A stretch of 64,000 nt of DNA, taken from the human T2T-CHM13v2.0 reference genome, Homo sapiens. The stretch lies in the NCBI RefSeq assembly GCF_009914755.1, contig NC_060937.1; one strand, 5' to 3'. A program made the translations under genes and the position numbers. The notes beneath the pieces were generated by a model. It ran no database searches and had not been told where the DNA came from. It worked only from the letters and a program-made list of their open reading frames with translations. This document shows, one piece after another, positions 14,301 through 31,000 of this stretch (position 1 is its first letter; each line of letters opens with the position of its first letter).

Positions 14301-17300
14301 TTCTGTACATAAAATATCAAAGTACACCAGATATATATTCTATAGTGTACATAAAATAACAAAGTACACAAACTATAAATTATATACTGTACATAAAATA
14401 TGAAATTACATCAAATATATATTAGGTACATAAAATATGAAAGTACATCAAATATAGATTATATACTGTACATATAATATCAATGTACCCGAAATATATA
14501 TTTTATACTCTACATGAAATATCAAAGTTCACAAACCATATATTATATACTGTGCATAAAATATCAAAGTACCCAAGGTATATATTCTATACTGTACAAA
14601 AAATATCAAAGTACCCAAAGCATGTATTATATACTGTACATAAAATATGAAATTACATCAAATATATATTTTATTCTGTACATAAAATATCAAAGTACAC
14701 CAGATATATATTCTATAGTGTACATAAAATATCAAAGTACCCAAACTATACATTATATACTGTACATAAAATGTGAAATTACATCAAATATATATTATAT
14801 TAGGTACATAAAATATGAAAGTACATCAAATATAGATTATATACTGTACATTAAATACCAATATACCCCAAATATATATTTTATACTGTACATGAAATAT
14901 CAAAGTTCACACACTATATATTATATACTGTACATAAAATATCAAAGTACCCAAGGTATATATTCTATACTGTACAAAAAACATCAAAGTACCCAAAGCA
15001 TGTATTATATACTGTACATAAAATATGAAAGTACATCAAATATATATTTTATTCTGTACATAAAATATCAAAGTACACCAGATATATATTCTATAGTGTA
15101 CATAAAATATCAAAGTACCCAAACTATACATTATATACTGTACATAAAATATGAAATTACATCAAATATATATTATATTAGGTACATAAAATAAGAAAGT
15201 ACATCAAATATAGATTATATACTGTACATAAAATATCAAAGTACCCCAAATATATATTATATACTCTACATGAAATATCAAAGTTCACAAACTATATATT
15301 ATATACTGTATATAAAATATCAAAGTACCCAAGGTATATATTCTATACTGTACAAAAAATATCAAAGTATCCAAAGCATGTTTTATATACTGTATATAAA
15401 ATATGAAAGTACATTAAAGATATATTTTATTCTGTACATAAAATATCAAAATACACCAGACATATATTCTATAGTGTACATAAAATAACAAAGTACACAA
15501 ATTATAAATTATATACTGTACATAAAATATGAAATTACATCAAATATATATTAGGTACATAAAATATGAAAGTACATCAAATATAGATTATATACTGTAC
15601 ATATAATATCAATGTACCCCAAATATATATTTTATACTCTACATGAAATATCAAACTTCACAAACCATACATTATATACTGTACATAAAATATCAAAGTA
15701 CCCAAGTTATATATTCTATACTGTACAAAAGATATCAAAGTACCCAAAGCATGTATTATATACTGTATATAAAATATGAAAGTACATCAAATATATATTA
15801 TATACTGTACATAAAATATCAAAGTACACCAGATATATATTTTATAGTGTACATAAAATATCAAAGTACCCAAACTATACATTATATACTGTACATAAAA
15901 TATGAGATTACATCAAATATATATTATATTAGGTACATAAAATATGAAAGTACATCAGATATAGATTATATACTGTACATAAAATATCAAAGTACCACAA
16001 ATATATATTATATACTGTACATGAAATATCAAAGTTCACAACTATATATTATATACTGTACATAAAATATCAAAGTCCCCAAGGTATATATTCTATACTG
16101 TACAAAAAATATCAAAGTACACAAAGCATGTATTATATACTGTACATAAAATATGAAATTACATCAAATATATATTATATTAGGTACATAAAATATGAAA
16201 GTACATCAAATATAGATTATATACTGTACATAAAATATCAAAGTACCCCAAATATATATTATATACTGTACATGTAATATCAAAGTTCACAACTATATAT
16301 TACATACTGTACATAAAATATCAAAGTACCCAAGGTATATATTCTATACTGTACAAAAAATATCAAAGTACCCAAAGCATGTATTATATACTGTACATAA
16401 AATATGAAAGTACATCAAATATATATTTTATTCTGTACATAAAATATCAAAGTACACCAGATATATATTCTATAGTGTATATAAAATATCAAAGTACCCA
16501 AACTATACATTATATACTGTACATAAAATATGAAATTACATCAAATATATATTATATTAGGTACATAAAATATGAAAGTACATGAAGTATAGATTATATA
16601 CTGTACATAAAATATCAAAGTACCCCAAATTTATATTATATACTATACATGAAATATCAAAGTTCACAAACTATATATTATATACTGTACATAAAATATC
16701 AAAGTACCCAAGGTATATATTCTATAGTGTACAAAAAATATCAAAGTACCCAAAGCATATATTATATACCGTACATAAAATATAAAATTACATCAAATAT
16801 ATATTTTATTCTGTACATAAAATATCAAAGTACACCAGATATATATTCTATAGAGTACATAAAATATCAAAGTACCCAAACTATACATTACATACTGTAC
16901 ATAAAATATGAAATTACATCAAATATATATTATAATAGGTACATAAAATATGAAAGTACATCAAATATAGATTACATACTGTACATTAAATACGAAAGTA
17001 CCCCAAATATATATTTTATACTGTACATGAAATATCAAAGTACCCAAGGTATATATTCTATACTGTACAAAAAATATCAAAGTACCCAAAGCATGTATTA
17101 CAAACTGTACATAAAATATGAAAGTCCATCAAATATATATTTTATTCTGTACATAGAATATCAAAGTACACCAGATATATATTCTATAGTGAACATAAAA
17201 TATCAAAGTACCCAAACTATACATTATATACTGTACATAAAATATGAAATTACATCAAATATATATTATATTAGGTACATAAAATATGAAAGTACATCAA

Positions 17301-20300
17301 ATATAGATTATATACTGTACATTAAGTACCAAAGTACCCCAAATATATATTTTATACTGTACATGAAATATCAAAGTTCACAAACTATATATTATATACT
17401 GTACATAAAATATGAAAGTACCCAAGGTATATACTCTATACTGTACAAAAAATATCAAAGTACCCAAAGCATGTATTATATACTGTACATAAAGTAAGAA
17501 AGTACATCAAATATATATTTTATTCTGTACATAAAATATCAAGGTACACCAGATATATATTCTATAGTGTACATAAAATATCAAAGTACCCAAACTATAA
17601 ATTATATACTGTACATAAAATATGAAATTACATCAAATATATATTATATTAGGTACATAAAATATGAAAGTACATCAAATATAGATTATATACTCTACAT
17701 TAAATACCAAAGTACCCCAAATATATGTTTTATACTGTACATGAAATATCAAAGTTCACAAAGTATATATTATATACTGTACCTAAAATATCAAAGTACC
17801 CAAGGTATATATTCTATACTGTACAAAAGATATCAAAGTACCCAAAGCATGTATTATATACTGTACATAAAATATGAAAGTACATCATATACATATTTTA
17901 TTCTGTACATAAAATATTAAAGTACGCCAGATATATATTCTATAGTGTACATAAAATATCAAAGTACCCAAATTATACATTATATACTGTACATAAAATA
18001 TGAAATTACATCAAATATATATTAAGTACATAAAATATGAAAGTACATCAAATATAGATTATATACTGTACATAAAATATCAATGTACACCAAATATATA
18101 TTATATACTCTACATGAAATATCAAAGTTCACAAACTATATATTATATACTGTCCATAAAATATCAAAGTACCCAAGGTATATATTCTATACTGTACAAA
18201 AAATATCAAAGTAAACAAAGCATGTATTATATACTGTACCTAAAATATGAAAGTACATCAAATATATATTTTATTCTGTACCTAAAATATCAAAGTACAC
18301 CAGATATATATTCTATAGTGTATATAAAATATCAAAGTACCCAAACTATACATTATATACTGTACATAAAATATGAAATTACATCAAATATATATTATAT
18401 TAGGTACATAAAATATGAAAGTACATGAAGTATAGATTATATACTGTACATAAAATATCAAAGTACCCCAAATTTATATTATATACTATACATGAAATAT
18501 CAAAGTTCACAAACTATATATTATATACTGTACATAAAATATCAAAGTACCCAAGGTATATATTCTATAGTGTACAAAAAATATCAAAGTACGCAAAGCA
18601 TGTATTATATACCGTACATAAAATATGAAATTACATCAAATATATATTTTATTCTGTACATAAAATATCAAAGTACACCAGATATATATACTATAGTGTA
18701 CATAAAATATCAAAGTACCCAAACTATACATTATACACTGCACATAAAATATGAAATTACATCAAATATATATTAGGTACATAAAATATGAAAGTACATC
18801 AAATATAGATTATATACTGTAAATATAATATCAATGTACCCCAAATATATATTTTATACTCTACATGAAATATCAAAGTTCACAAACCATATATTATATA
18901 CTGTACATAAAATATCAAAGTACCCAAGGTATATATTCTATAATGTACAAAAAATATCAAAGTACCCAAAGCATGTATTATATACTGTACATAAAATATG
19001 AAAGTACATCAAATATATATTTTATTCTGTACATAAAATATCAAAGTACACCAGATATATATTCTATAGTGTACATAAAATATCAAAGTACCCAAACTAT
19101 ACATTATATACTGTACATAAAATATGAAATTACATCAAATATATATTATATTAGGTACATGAAATTTGAAAGTACATCAAATATAGATTATATACTGTAC
19201 ATTAAATACCAAGGTACCCCAAATATATATTTTATACTGTACATGAAATATCAAAGTTCACAAACTATATATTATATACTGTACATAAAATATCAATGTA
19301 CCCAAGGTATATATTCTATACTGCACAAAAAATATCAAAGTACCCAAAGCATGTATTATATACTGTATATAAAATATGAAAGTACATCAAATATATATTT
19401 TATTCTGTACATAAAATATCAAAGTACACCAGATATATATTCTATAGTGTACATAAAATAACAAAGTACACAAACTATAAATTATATACTGTACATAAAA
19501 TATGAAATTACATCAAATATATATTAGGCACATAAAATATGAAAGTACATCAAATATAGATTATATACTGTACATATAATATCAATGTACCCGAAATATA
19601 TATTTTATACTCTACATGAAATATCAAAGTGCACAAACCATATATTGTATACTGCACATAAAATATCAAAATACCCAAGGTATATATTCTATACTGTACA
19701 AAAAATATCAAAGTACCCAAAGCAGGTATTATATACTGTAAATAAAATATGAAAGTACATCAAATATATATTTTATTCTGTACATAAAATATCAAAGTAC
19801 ACCAGATATATATTCTATAGCGTACATAAAATATCAAAGTACACATACTGTACATTATATACTGTATATAAAATATGAAATTAAATCAAATATATATTAT
19901 ATTAGGTACATAAAATATGAAAGTACATCAAATATAGATTATATACTGTACATTAAATACCAAAGTACCCCAAATATATATTTTATACTGTACATGAAAT
20001 TTCAAAGTTCACAAACTATATATTATATACTGTACATAAAATATCAAAGTACCCAAGGTATATATTCTATACTGTACAAAAAATATCAAAGTACCCAAAG
20101 CATGTATTATATACTGTACATAAAATATGAAAGTACATCAAATATATATTTTATTCTGTACATAAAATATCAAAGTACACCAGATATATATTCTATAGTG
20201 TACATAAAATATCAAAGTACCCAAACTATACATTATATACTGTACATAAAATATGAAATTACATCAAATATATATTATATTAGGTACATGAAATATGAAA

Positions 20301-23300
20301 GTACATCAAATATAGATTATATACTGTACATAAAATATGAAAGTACCCCAAATATATATTATATACTCTACATGAAATATCAAAGTTCACAAACTATATA
20401 TTATATACTGTACATAAAATATCAAAGTACCCAAGGTATATATTCTATACTGTACAAAAAATATCAAAGTATCCAAAGCAGGTATTATATACTGTATATA
20501 AAATATGAAAGTACATCAAATATATATTTTATTCTGTACATAAAATATCAAAGTACACCAGATATATATTCTATAGTGTACATAAAATATCAAGGTACCC
20601 AAACTATATATTATATACTGTACATAAAATATGAAATTACAGCAAATATATATTATATTAGGTACATAAAATATGAAAGTACATCAAATATAGATTATAT
20701 ACTGTACATTAAATACCAAAGTACCCCAAATATATATTTTATACTGTACATGAAATATCAAAGTTCACAAACTATATATTATATACTGTACATAAAATAT
20801 CAATGTACCCAAGGTATATATTCTATACTGCACAAAAAATATCAAAGTACCCAAAGCATGTATTATATACTGTATATAAAATATGAAAGTACATCAAATA
20901 TATATTTTATTCTGTACATAAAATAACAAAGTACACCAGATATATATTCTATAGTGTACATAAAATATCAAAGTACCCAAACTATACATTATATACTGTA
21001 CATAAATATGAAATTACATCAAATATATATTATATTAGGTACATAAAATATGAAAGTACATGAAGTATAGATTATATACTGTAGATAAAATATCAAAGTA
21101 CCCCAAATTTATATTATATACTATACATGAAATATCAAAGTTCACAAACTATATATTATATACTGTACATAAAATATCAAAGTACCCAAGGTATATATTC
21201 TATAGTGTACAAAAAATATCAAAGTACCCAAAGCATGTATTATATACCGTACATAAAATAAAAAATTACATCAAATATATATTTTATTCTGTACATAAAA
21301 TATCAAAGTACACCAGATATATATACTATAGTGTACATAAAATATCAAAGTACCCAAACTATACATTATACACTGTACATAAAATATGAAATTACATCAA
21401 ATATATATTAGGTACATAAAATATGAAAGTACATCAAATATAGATTATATACTGTAAATATAATATCAATGTACCCCAAATATATATTTTATACTCTACA
21501 TGAAATATCAAAGTTCACAAACCATATATTATATACTGTACATAAAATATCAAAGTACCCAAGGTATATATTCTATACTGTGCAAAAAATATCAAAGTAC
21601 CCAAAGCATGTATTATATACTGTATATAAAATATGAAAGTACATCAAATATATATTTTATTCTGTACATAAAATGTCAAAGTACACCAGATATATATTCT
21701 ATAGTGTACATAAAATATCAAAGTACCCAAACTATACATTATATACTGTACATAAAATATGAAATTACATCAAATATATATTAAGTACATAAAATATGAA
21801 AGTACATCAAATATAGATTATGTAGTGTACATAAAATATCAATGTACACCAAATATATATTATATACTCTACATGAAATATCAAAGTTCACAAACTATAT
21901 ATTATATACTGTCCATAAAATATCAAAGTACCCAAGGTATATATTTTATACTGTACAAAAAATATCAAAGTACCCAAAGCATGTATTATATACTATACCT
22001 AAAATATGAAAGTACATCAATTATATATTTTATTCTGTACATAAAATATCAAAGTACACCAGATATATATTCTACAGTGTATATAAAATATCAAAGTACC
22101 CAAACTATACATTATATACTGTACATAAAATATGAAATTACATCAAATATATATTATATTAGGTATATAAAATATGAAAGTACATGAAGTATAGATTATA
22201 TACTGTACATAAAATATCAAAGTACCCCAAATTTATATTATATACTATACATGAAATATCAAAGTTCACAAACTATATATTATATACTGTACATAAAATA
22301 TCAAAGTACCCAAGGTATATATTCTATAGTGTACAAAAAATATCAAAGTACCCAAAGCATGTATTATATACCGTACGTAAAATATAAAATTACATCAAAT
22401 ATATATTTTATTCTGTACATAAAATATCAAAGTACACCAGATATATATACTATAGTGTACATAAAATATCAAAGTACCCAAACTATACATTATACACTGC
22501 ACATAAAATATGAAATTACATCAAATATATATTAGGTACGTAAAATATGAAAGTACATCAAATATAGATTATATACTGTAAATATAATATCAATGTACCC
22601 CAAATATATATTTTATACTCTACATGAAATATCAAAGTTCACAAACCATATATTATATACTGTAAATAAAATATCAAAGTACCCAAGGTATATATTCTAT
22701 ACTGTACAAAAAATATCAAAGTACCCAAAGCATGTATTATATACTGTACATAAAATATGAAAGTACATCAAATATATATTTTATTCTGTACATAAAATAT
22801 CAAAGTACACCAGATATATATTCTATAGTGTACATAAAATAACAAAGTACACAAACTATAAATTATATCCTGTACATAAAATATGAAATTACATCAAATA
22901 TATATTAGGTACATAAAATATGAAAGTACATCAAATATAGATTATATACTGTACATTAAGTACCAAAGTACACCAAATATATATTTTATTCTGTACATAA
23001 AATATCAAAGTACACCAGATATATATTCTATAGTGTACATAAAATATCAAAGTACCCAAACTATACATTATATACTGTACATAAAATATGAAATTACAGC
23101 AAATATATATTATATTAGGTAAATGAAATATGAAAGTACATCAAATATAGATTATATACTGTACATAAAATATGAAAGTACCCCAAATATATATTATATA
23201 CTCTACATGAAATATCAAAGTTCACAAACTATATATTATATACTGTACATAAAATACCAAAGTACCCAAGGTATATATTCTATACTGTACAAAAAATATC

Positions 23301-26300
23301 AAAGTATCCAAAGCATGTATTATATACTGTATATAAAATATGAAAGTACATCAAATATATATTTTATTCTGTACATAAAATATCAAAGTACACCAGATAT
23401 ATATTCTATAGTGTACATAAAATATCAAAGTACCCAAACTATACATTATATACTGTACATAAAATATGAAATTACAGCAAATATATATTATATTAGGTAC
23501 ATAAAATATGAAAGTACATCAAATATAGATTATATACTCTACATTAAATACCAAAGTACCCCAAATATATATTTTATACTGTACATGAAATATCAAAGTT
23601 CACAAACTATATATTATATACTGTACATAAAATATCAATGTACCCAAGGTATATATTCTATACTGCACAAAAAATATCAAAGTACCCAAAGCATGTATTA
23701 TATACTGTATATAAAATAGGAAAGTACATCAAATATATATTTTATTCTGTACATAAAATATCAAAGTACACCAGATATATATTCTATAGTGTACATAAAA
23801 TATCAAAGTACCCAAACTATACATTATATACTGTACATAAAATATGAAATTACATCAAATACATATTATATTAGGTACATAAAATACGAAAGTACATCAA
23901 ATATAGATTATATACTGTACATAAAATATGAAAGTACCCCAATATATATTATATACTCTACATGAAATATCAAAGTTCACAAACTATATATTATGTACTG
24001 TACATAAAATATCAAACTACCCAAGGTATATATTCTATACTGTACAAAAAATATCAAAGTACCCAAAGCATGTATTATATAATGTACATAAAATATGAAA
24101 GTACATCAAATATATATTTTATTCTGTACATAAAATATCAAAGAACACCAGATATATATTCTATAGTGTACATAAAATATCAAAGTACCCAAACTATACA
24201 TTATATACTGTACATAAAATATGAAATTACATCAAATATATATTATATTAGGTACATAAAATATGAAAGTACATCAAATATAGATTATATACTGTAAATA
24301 TAATATCAATGTACCCCAAATATATATTTTATACTCTACATGAAATATCAAAGTTCACAAACCATATATTATATACTGTACATAAAATATCAAAGTACCC
24401 AAGGTATATATTCTATACTGTACAAAAAATATCAAAGTACCCAAAGCATGTATTATATACTATACCTAAAATATGAAAGTACATCAAATATATATTTTAT
24501 TCTGTACATAAAATATCAAAGTACACCAGATATATATTCTACAGTGTACATAAAATATCAAAGTACCCAAACTATACATTATATACTGTACATAAAATAT
24601 GAAATTACATCAAATATATATTATATTAGGTACATAAAATACGAAAGTACATCAAATATAGATTATATACTGTACATAAAATATCAAAGTACCCCAATAT
24701 ATATTATATACTGTACATGAAATATCAAAGTTCACAAACTATATATTATGTACTGTACATAAAATATCAAAGTACCCAAGGTATATATTCTATACTGTAC
24801 AAAAAATATCAAAGTACCCAAAGCATGTATTATATAATGTACATAAAATATGAAAGTACATCAAATATATATTTTATTCTGTACATAAAATATCAAAGTA
24901 CACCAGATATATATTCTATAGCGTACATAAAATATCAAAGTACACAAACTATACATTATATACTGTACATAAAATATGAAATTACATCAAATATATATTA
25001 TATTAGGTAAATGAAATATGAAAGTACATCAAATATAGATTATATACTGTACATAAAATATGAAAGTACCCCAAATATATATTATATACTCTACATGAAA
25101 TATCAAAGTTCACAAACTATATATTATATACTGTACATAAAATATCAAAGTACCCAAGGTATATATTCTATACTGTACAAAAAATATCAAAGTATCCAAA
25201 GCATGTATTATATACTGTATATAAAATATGAAAGTACATCAAATATATATTTTATTCTGTACATAAAATATCAAAGTACACCAGATATATATTCTATAGC
25301 GTACATAAAATATCAAAGTACACAAACTATACATTATATACTGTACATAAAATATGAAATTACATCAAATATATATTATATTAGGTACATAAAATATGAA
25401 AGTACATCAAATATAGATTATATACTGTAAATATAATATCAATGTACCCCAAATATATATTTTATACTCTACATGAAATATCAAAGTTCACAAACCATAT
25501 ATTATATACTGTACATAAAATATCAAAGTACCCAAGGTATATATTCTATACTGTACAAAAAATATCAAAGTACCCAAAGCATGTATTATATACTGTACAT
25601 AAAATATGAAAGTACATCAAATATATATTTTATTCTGTACATAAAATATCAAAGTACACCAGATATATATTCTATAGTGTACATAAAATATCAAAGTACC
25701 CAAACTATACATTATATACTGTACATAAAATATGAAATTACATCAAATATATATTATATTAGGTAAATGAAATATGAAAGTACATCAAATATAGATTATA
25801 TACTGTACATAAAATATGAAAGTACCCCAAATATATATTATATACTCTACATGAAATATCAAAGTTCACAAACTATATATTATATACTGTACATAAAATA
25901 TCAAAGTACCCAAGGTATATATTCTATACTGTACAAAAAATATCAAAGTATCCAAAGCATGTATTATATACTGTATATAAAATATGAAAGTACATCAAAT
26001 ATATATTTTATTCTGTACATAAAATATCAAAGTACACCAGATATATATTCTATAGTGTACATAAAATATCAAAGTACCCAAACTATACATTATATACTGT
26101 ACATAAAATATGAAATTACAGCAAATATATATTATATTAGGTACATAAAATATGAAAGTACATCAAATATAGATTATATACTCTACATTAAATACCAAAG
26201 TACCCCAAATATATATTTTATACTGTACATGAAATATCAAAGTTCACAAACTATATATTATATACTGTACATAAAATATCAATGTACCCAAGGTATATAT

Positions 26301-28042
26301 TCTATACTGCACAAAAAATATCAAAGTACCCAAAGCATGTATTATATACTGTATATAAAATATGAAAGTACATCAAATATATATTTTATTCTGTACATAA
26401 AATATCAAAGTACACCAGATATATATTCTATAGTGTACATAAAATATCAAAGTACCCAAACTATACATTATATACTGTACATAAAATATGAAATTACATC
26501 AAATATATATTATATTAGGTACATAAAATACGAAAGTACATCAAATATAGATTATATACTGTACATAAAATATGAAAGTACCCCAATATATATTATATAC
26601 TCTACATGAAATATCAAAGTTCACAAACTATATATTATGTACTGTACATAAAATATCAAACTACCCAAGGTATATATTCTATACTGTACAAAAAATATCA
26701 AAGTACCCAAAGCATGTATTATATAATGTACATAAAATATGAAAGTACATCAAATATATATTTTATTCTGTACATAAAATATCAAAGAACACCAGATATA
26801 TATTCTATAGTGTACATAAAATATCAAAGTACCCAAACTATACATTATATACTGTACATAAAATATGAAATTACATCATATATATATTAGGTACATAAAA
26901 TATGAAAGTACATCAAATATATATTTTATTCTGTACATAAAATATCAAAGTACACCAGATATATATTCTATAGTGTACATAAAATAACAAAGTACACAAA
27001 CTATAAAATATATACTGTACATAAAATATGAAATTACATCAAATATATATTAGGTACATAAAATATGAAAGTACATCAAATATAGATTATATACTGTACA
27101 TATAATATCAATGTACCCGAAATATATATTTTATACTCTACATGAAATATCAAAGTTCACAAACCATATATTGTATACTGCACATAAAATATCAAAATAC
27201 ACAAGGTATATATTCTATACTGTACAAAAAATATCAAAGTACCCAAAGCAGGTATTATATACTGTATATAAAATATGAAAGTACATCAAATATATATTTT
27301 ATTCTGTACATAAAATATCAAAGTACACCAGATATATATTCTATAGTGTACATAAAATATCAAGGTACCCAAACTATATATTATATACTGTACATAAAAT
27401 ATGAAATTACAGCAAATATATATTATATTAGGTACATAAAATATGAAAGTACATCAAATATAGATTATATACTGTACATTAAATACCAAAGTACCCCAAA
27501 TATATATTTTATACTGTACATGAAATATCAAAGTTCACAAACTATATATTATATACTGTACATAAAATATCAATGTACCCAAGGTATATATTCTATACTG
27601 CACAAAAAATATCAAAGTACCCAAAGCATGTATTATATACTGTATATAAAATATGAAAGTACATCAAATATATATTTTATTCTGTACATAAAATATCAAA
27701 GTACACCAGATATATATTCTATAGCGTACATAAAATATCAAAGCACACAAACTATACATTATATACTGTACATAAAATATGAAATTACATCAAATATATA
27801 TTATATTAGGTACATAAAATATGAAAGTACATCAAATATAGATTATATACTGTAAATATAATATCAATGTACCCCAAATATATATTTTATACTCTACATG
27901 AAATATCAAAGTTCACAAACCATATATTATATACTGTACATAAAATATCAAAGTACCCAAGGTATATATTCTATACTGTACAAAAAATATCAAAGTACCC
28001 AAAGCATGTATTATATACTGTACATAAAATATGAAAGTACAT

Positions 28043-31000
28043 CAAATATATATTTTATTCTGTACATAAAATATCAAAGTACACCAGATATATATTCTAT
28101 AGTGTACATAAAATATCAAAGTACCCAAACTATACATTATATACTGTACATAAAATATGAAATTACATCAAATATATATTATATTAGGTAAATGAAATAT
28201 GAAAGTACATCAAATATAGATTATATACTGTACATAAAATATGAAAGTACCCCAAATATATATTATATACTCTACATGAAATATCAAAGTTCACAAACTA
28301 TATATTATGTACTGTACATAAAATATCAAAGTACCCAAGGTATATATTCTATACTGTACAAAAAATATCAAAGTATCCAAAGCATGTATTATATACTGTA
28401 TATAAAATATGAAAGTACATCAAATATATATTTTATTCTGTACATAAAATATCAAAGTACACCAGATATATATTCTATAGTGTACATAAAATATCAAAGT
28501 ACCCAAACTATACATTATATACTGTACATAAAATATGAAATTACAGCAAATATATATTATATTAGGTACATAAAATATGAAAGTACATCAAATATAGATT
28601 ATATACTCTACATTAAATACCAAAGTACCCCAAATATATATTTTATACTGTACATGAAATATCAAAGTTCACAAACTATATATTATATACTGTACATAAA
28701 ATATCAATGTACCCAAGGTATATATTCTATACTGCACAAAAAATATCAAAGTACCCAAAGCATGTATTATATACTGTATATAAAATATGAAAGTACATCA
28801 AATATATATTTTATTCTGTACATAAAATATCAAAGTACACCAGATATATATTCTATAGTGTACATAAAATATCAAAGTACCCAAACTATACATTATATAC
28901 TGTACATAAAATATGAAATTACATCAAATATATATTATATTAGGTACATAAAATACGAAAGTACATCAAATATAGATTATATACTGTACATAAAATATGA
29001 AAGTACCCCAATATATATTATATACTCTACATGAAATATCAAAGTTCACAAACTATATATTATGTACTGTACATAAAATATCAAACTACCCAAGGTATAT
29101 ATTCTATACTGTACAAAAAATATCAAAGTACCCAAAGCATGTATTATATAATGTACATAAAATATGAAAGTACATCAAATATATATTTTATTCTGTACAT
29201 AAAATATCAAAGAACACCAGATATATATTCTATAGTGTACATAAAATATCAAAGTACCCAAACTATACATTATATACTGTACATAAAATATGAAATTACA
29301 GCAAATATATATTATATTAGGTACATAAAATATGAAAGTACATCAAATATAGATTATATACTGTACATTAAATACCAAAGTACCCCAAATATATATTTTA
29401 TACTGTACATGAAATATCAAAGTTCACAAACTATATATTATATACTGTACATAAAATATCAATGTACCCAAGGTATATATTCTATACTGCACAAAAAATA
29501 TCAAAGTACCCAAAGCATGTATTATATACTGTATATAAAATATGAAAGTACATCAAATATATATTTTATTCTGTACATAAAATATCAAAGTACACCAGAT
29601 ATATATTCTATAGTGTACATAAAATAACAAAGTACACAAACTATAAATTATATCCTGTACATAAAATATGAAATTACATCAAATATATATTAGGTACATA
29701 AAATATGAAAGTACATCAAATATAGATTATATACTGTACATTAAGTACCAAAGTACACCAAATATATATTTTATTCTGTACATAAAATATCAAAGTACAC
29801 CAGATATATATTCTATAGTGTACATAAAATATCAAAGTACCCAAACTATACATTATATACTGTACATAAAATATGAAATTACATCAAATATATATTATAT
29901 TAGGTAAATGAAATATGAAAGTACAACAAATATAGATTATATACTGTACATAAAATATGAAAGTACCCCAAATATATATTATATACTCTACATGAAATAT
30001 CAAAGTTCACAAACTATATATTATGTACTGTACATAAAATATCAAAGTACCCAAGGTATATATTCTATACTGTACAAAAAATATCAAAGTATCCAAAGCA
30101 TGTATTATATACTGTATATAAAATATGAAAGTACATCAAATATATATTTTATTCTGTACATAAAATATCAAAGTACACCAGATATATATTCTATAGTGTA
30201 CATAAAATATCAAAGTACCCAAACTATACATTATATACTGTACATAAAATATGAAATTACAGCAAATATATATTATATTAGGTACATAAAATATGAAAGT
30301 ACATCAAATATAGATTATATACTCTACATTAAATACCAAAGTACCCCAAATATATATTTTATACTGTACATGAAATATCAAAGTTCACAAACTATATATT
30401 ATATACTGTACATAAAATATCAATGTACCCAAGGTATATATTCTATACTGCACAAAAAATATCAAAGTACCCAAAGCATGTATTATATACTGTATATAAA
30501 ATATGAAAGTACATCAAATATATATTTTATTCTGTACATAAAATATCAAAGTACACCAGATATATATTCTATAGTGTACATAAAATATCAAAGTACCCAA
30601 ACTATACATTATATACTGTACATAAAATATGAAATTACATCAAATATATATTATATTAGGTACATAAAATACGAAAGTACATCAAATATAGATTATATAC
30701 TGTACATAAAATATGAAAGTACCCCAATATATATTATATACTCTACATGAAATATCAAAGTTCACAAACTATATATTATGTACTGTACATAAAATATCAA
30801 ACTACCCAAGGTATATATTCTATACTGTACAAAAAATATCAAAGTACCCAAAGCATGTATTATATAATGTACATAAAATATGAAAGTACATCAAATATAT
30901 ATTTTATTCTGTACATAAAATATCAAAGAACACCAGATATATATTCTATAGTGTACATAAAATATCAAAGTACCCAAACTATACATTATATACTGTACAT

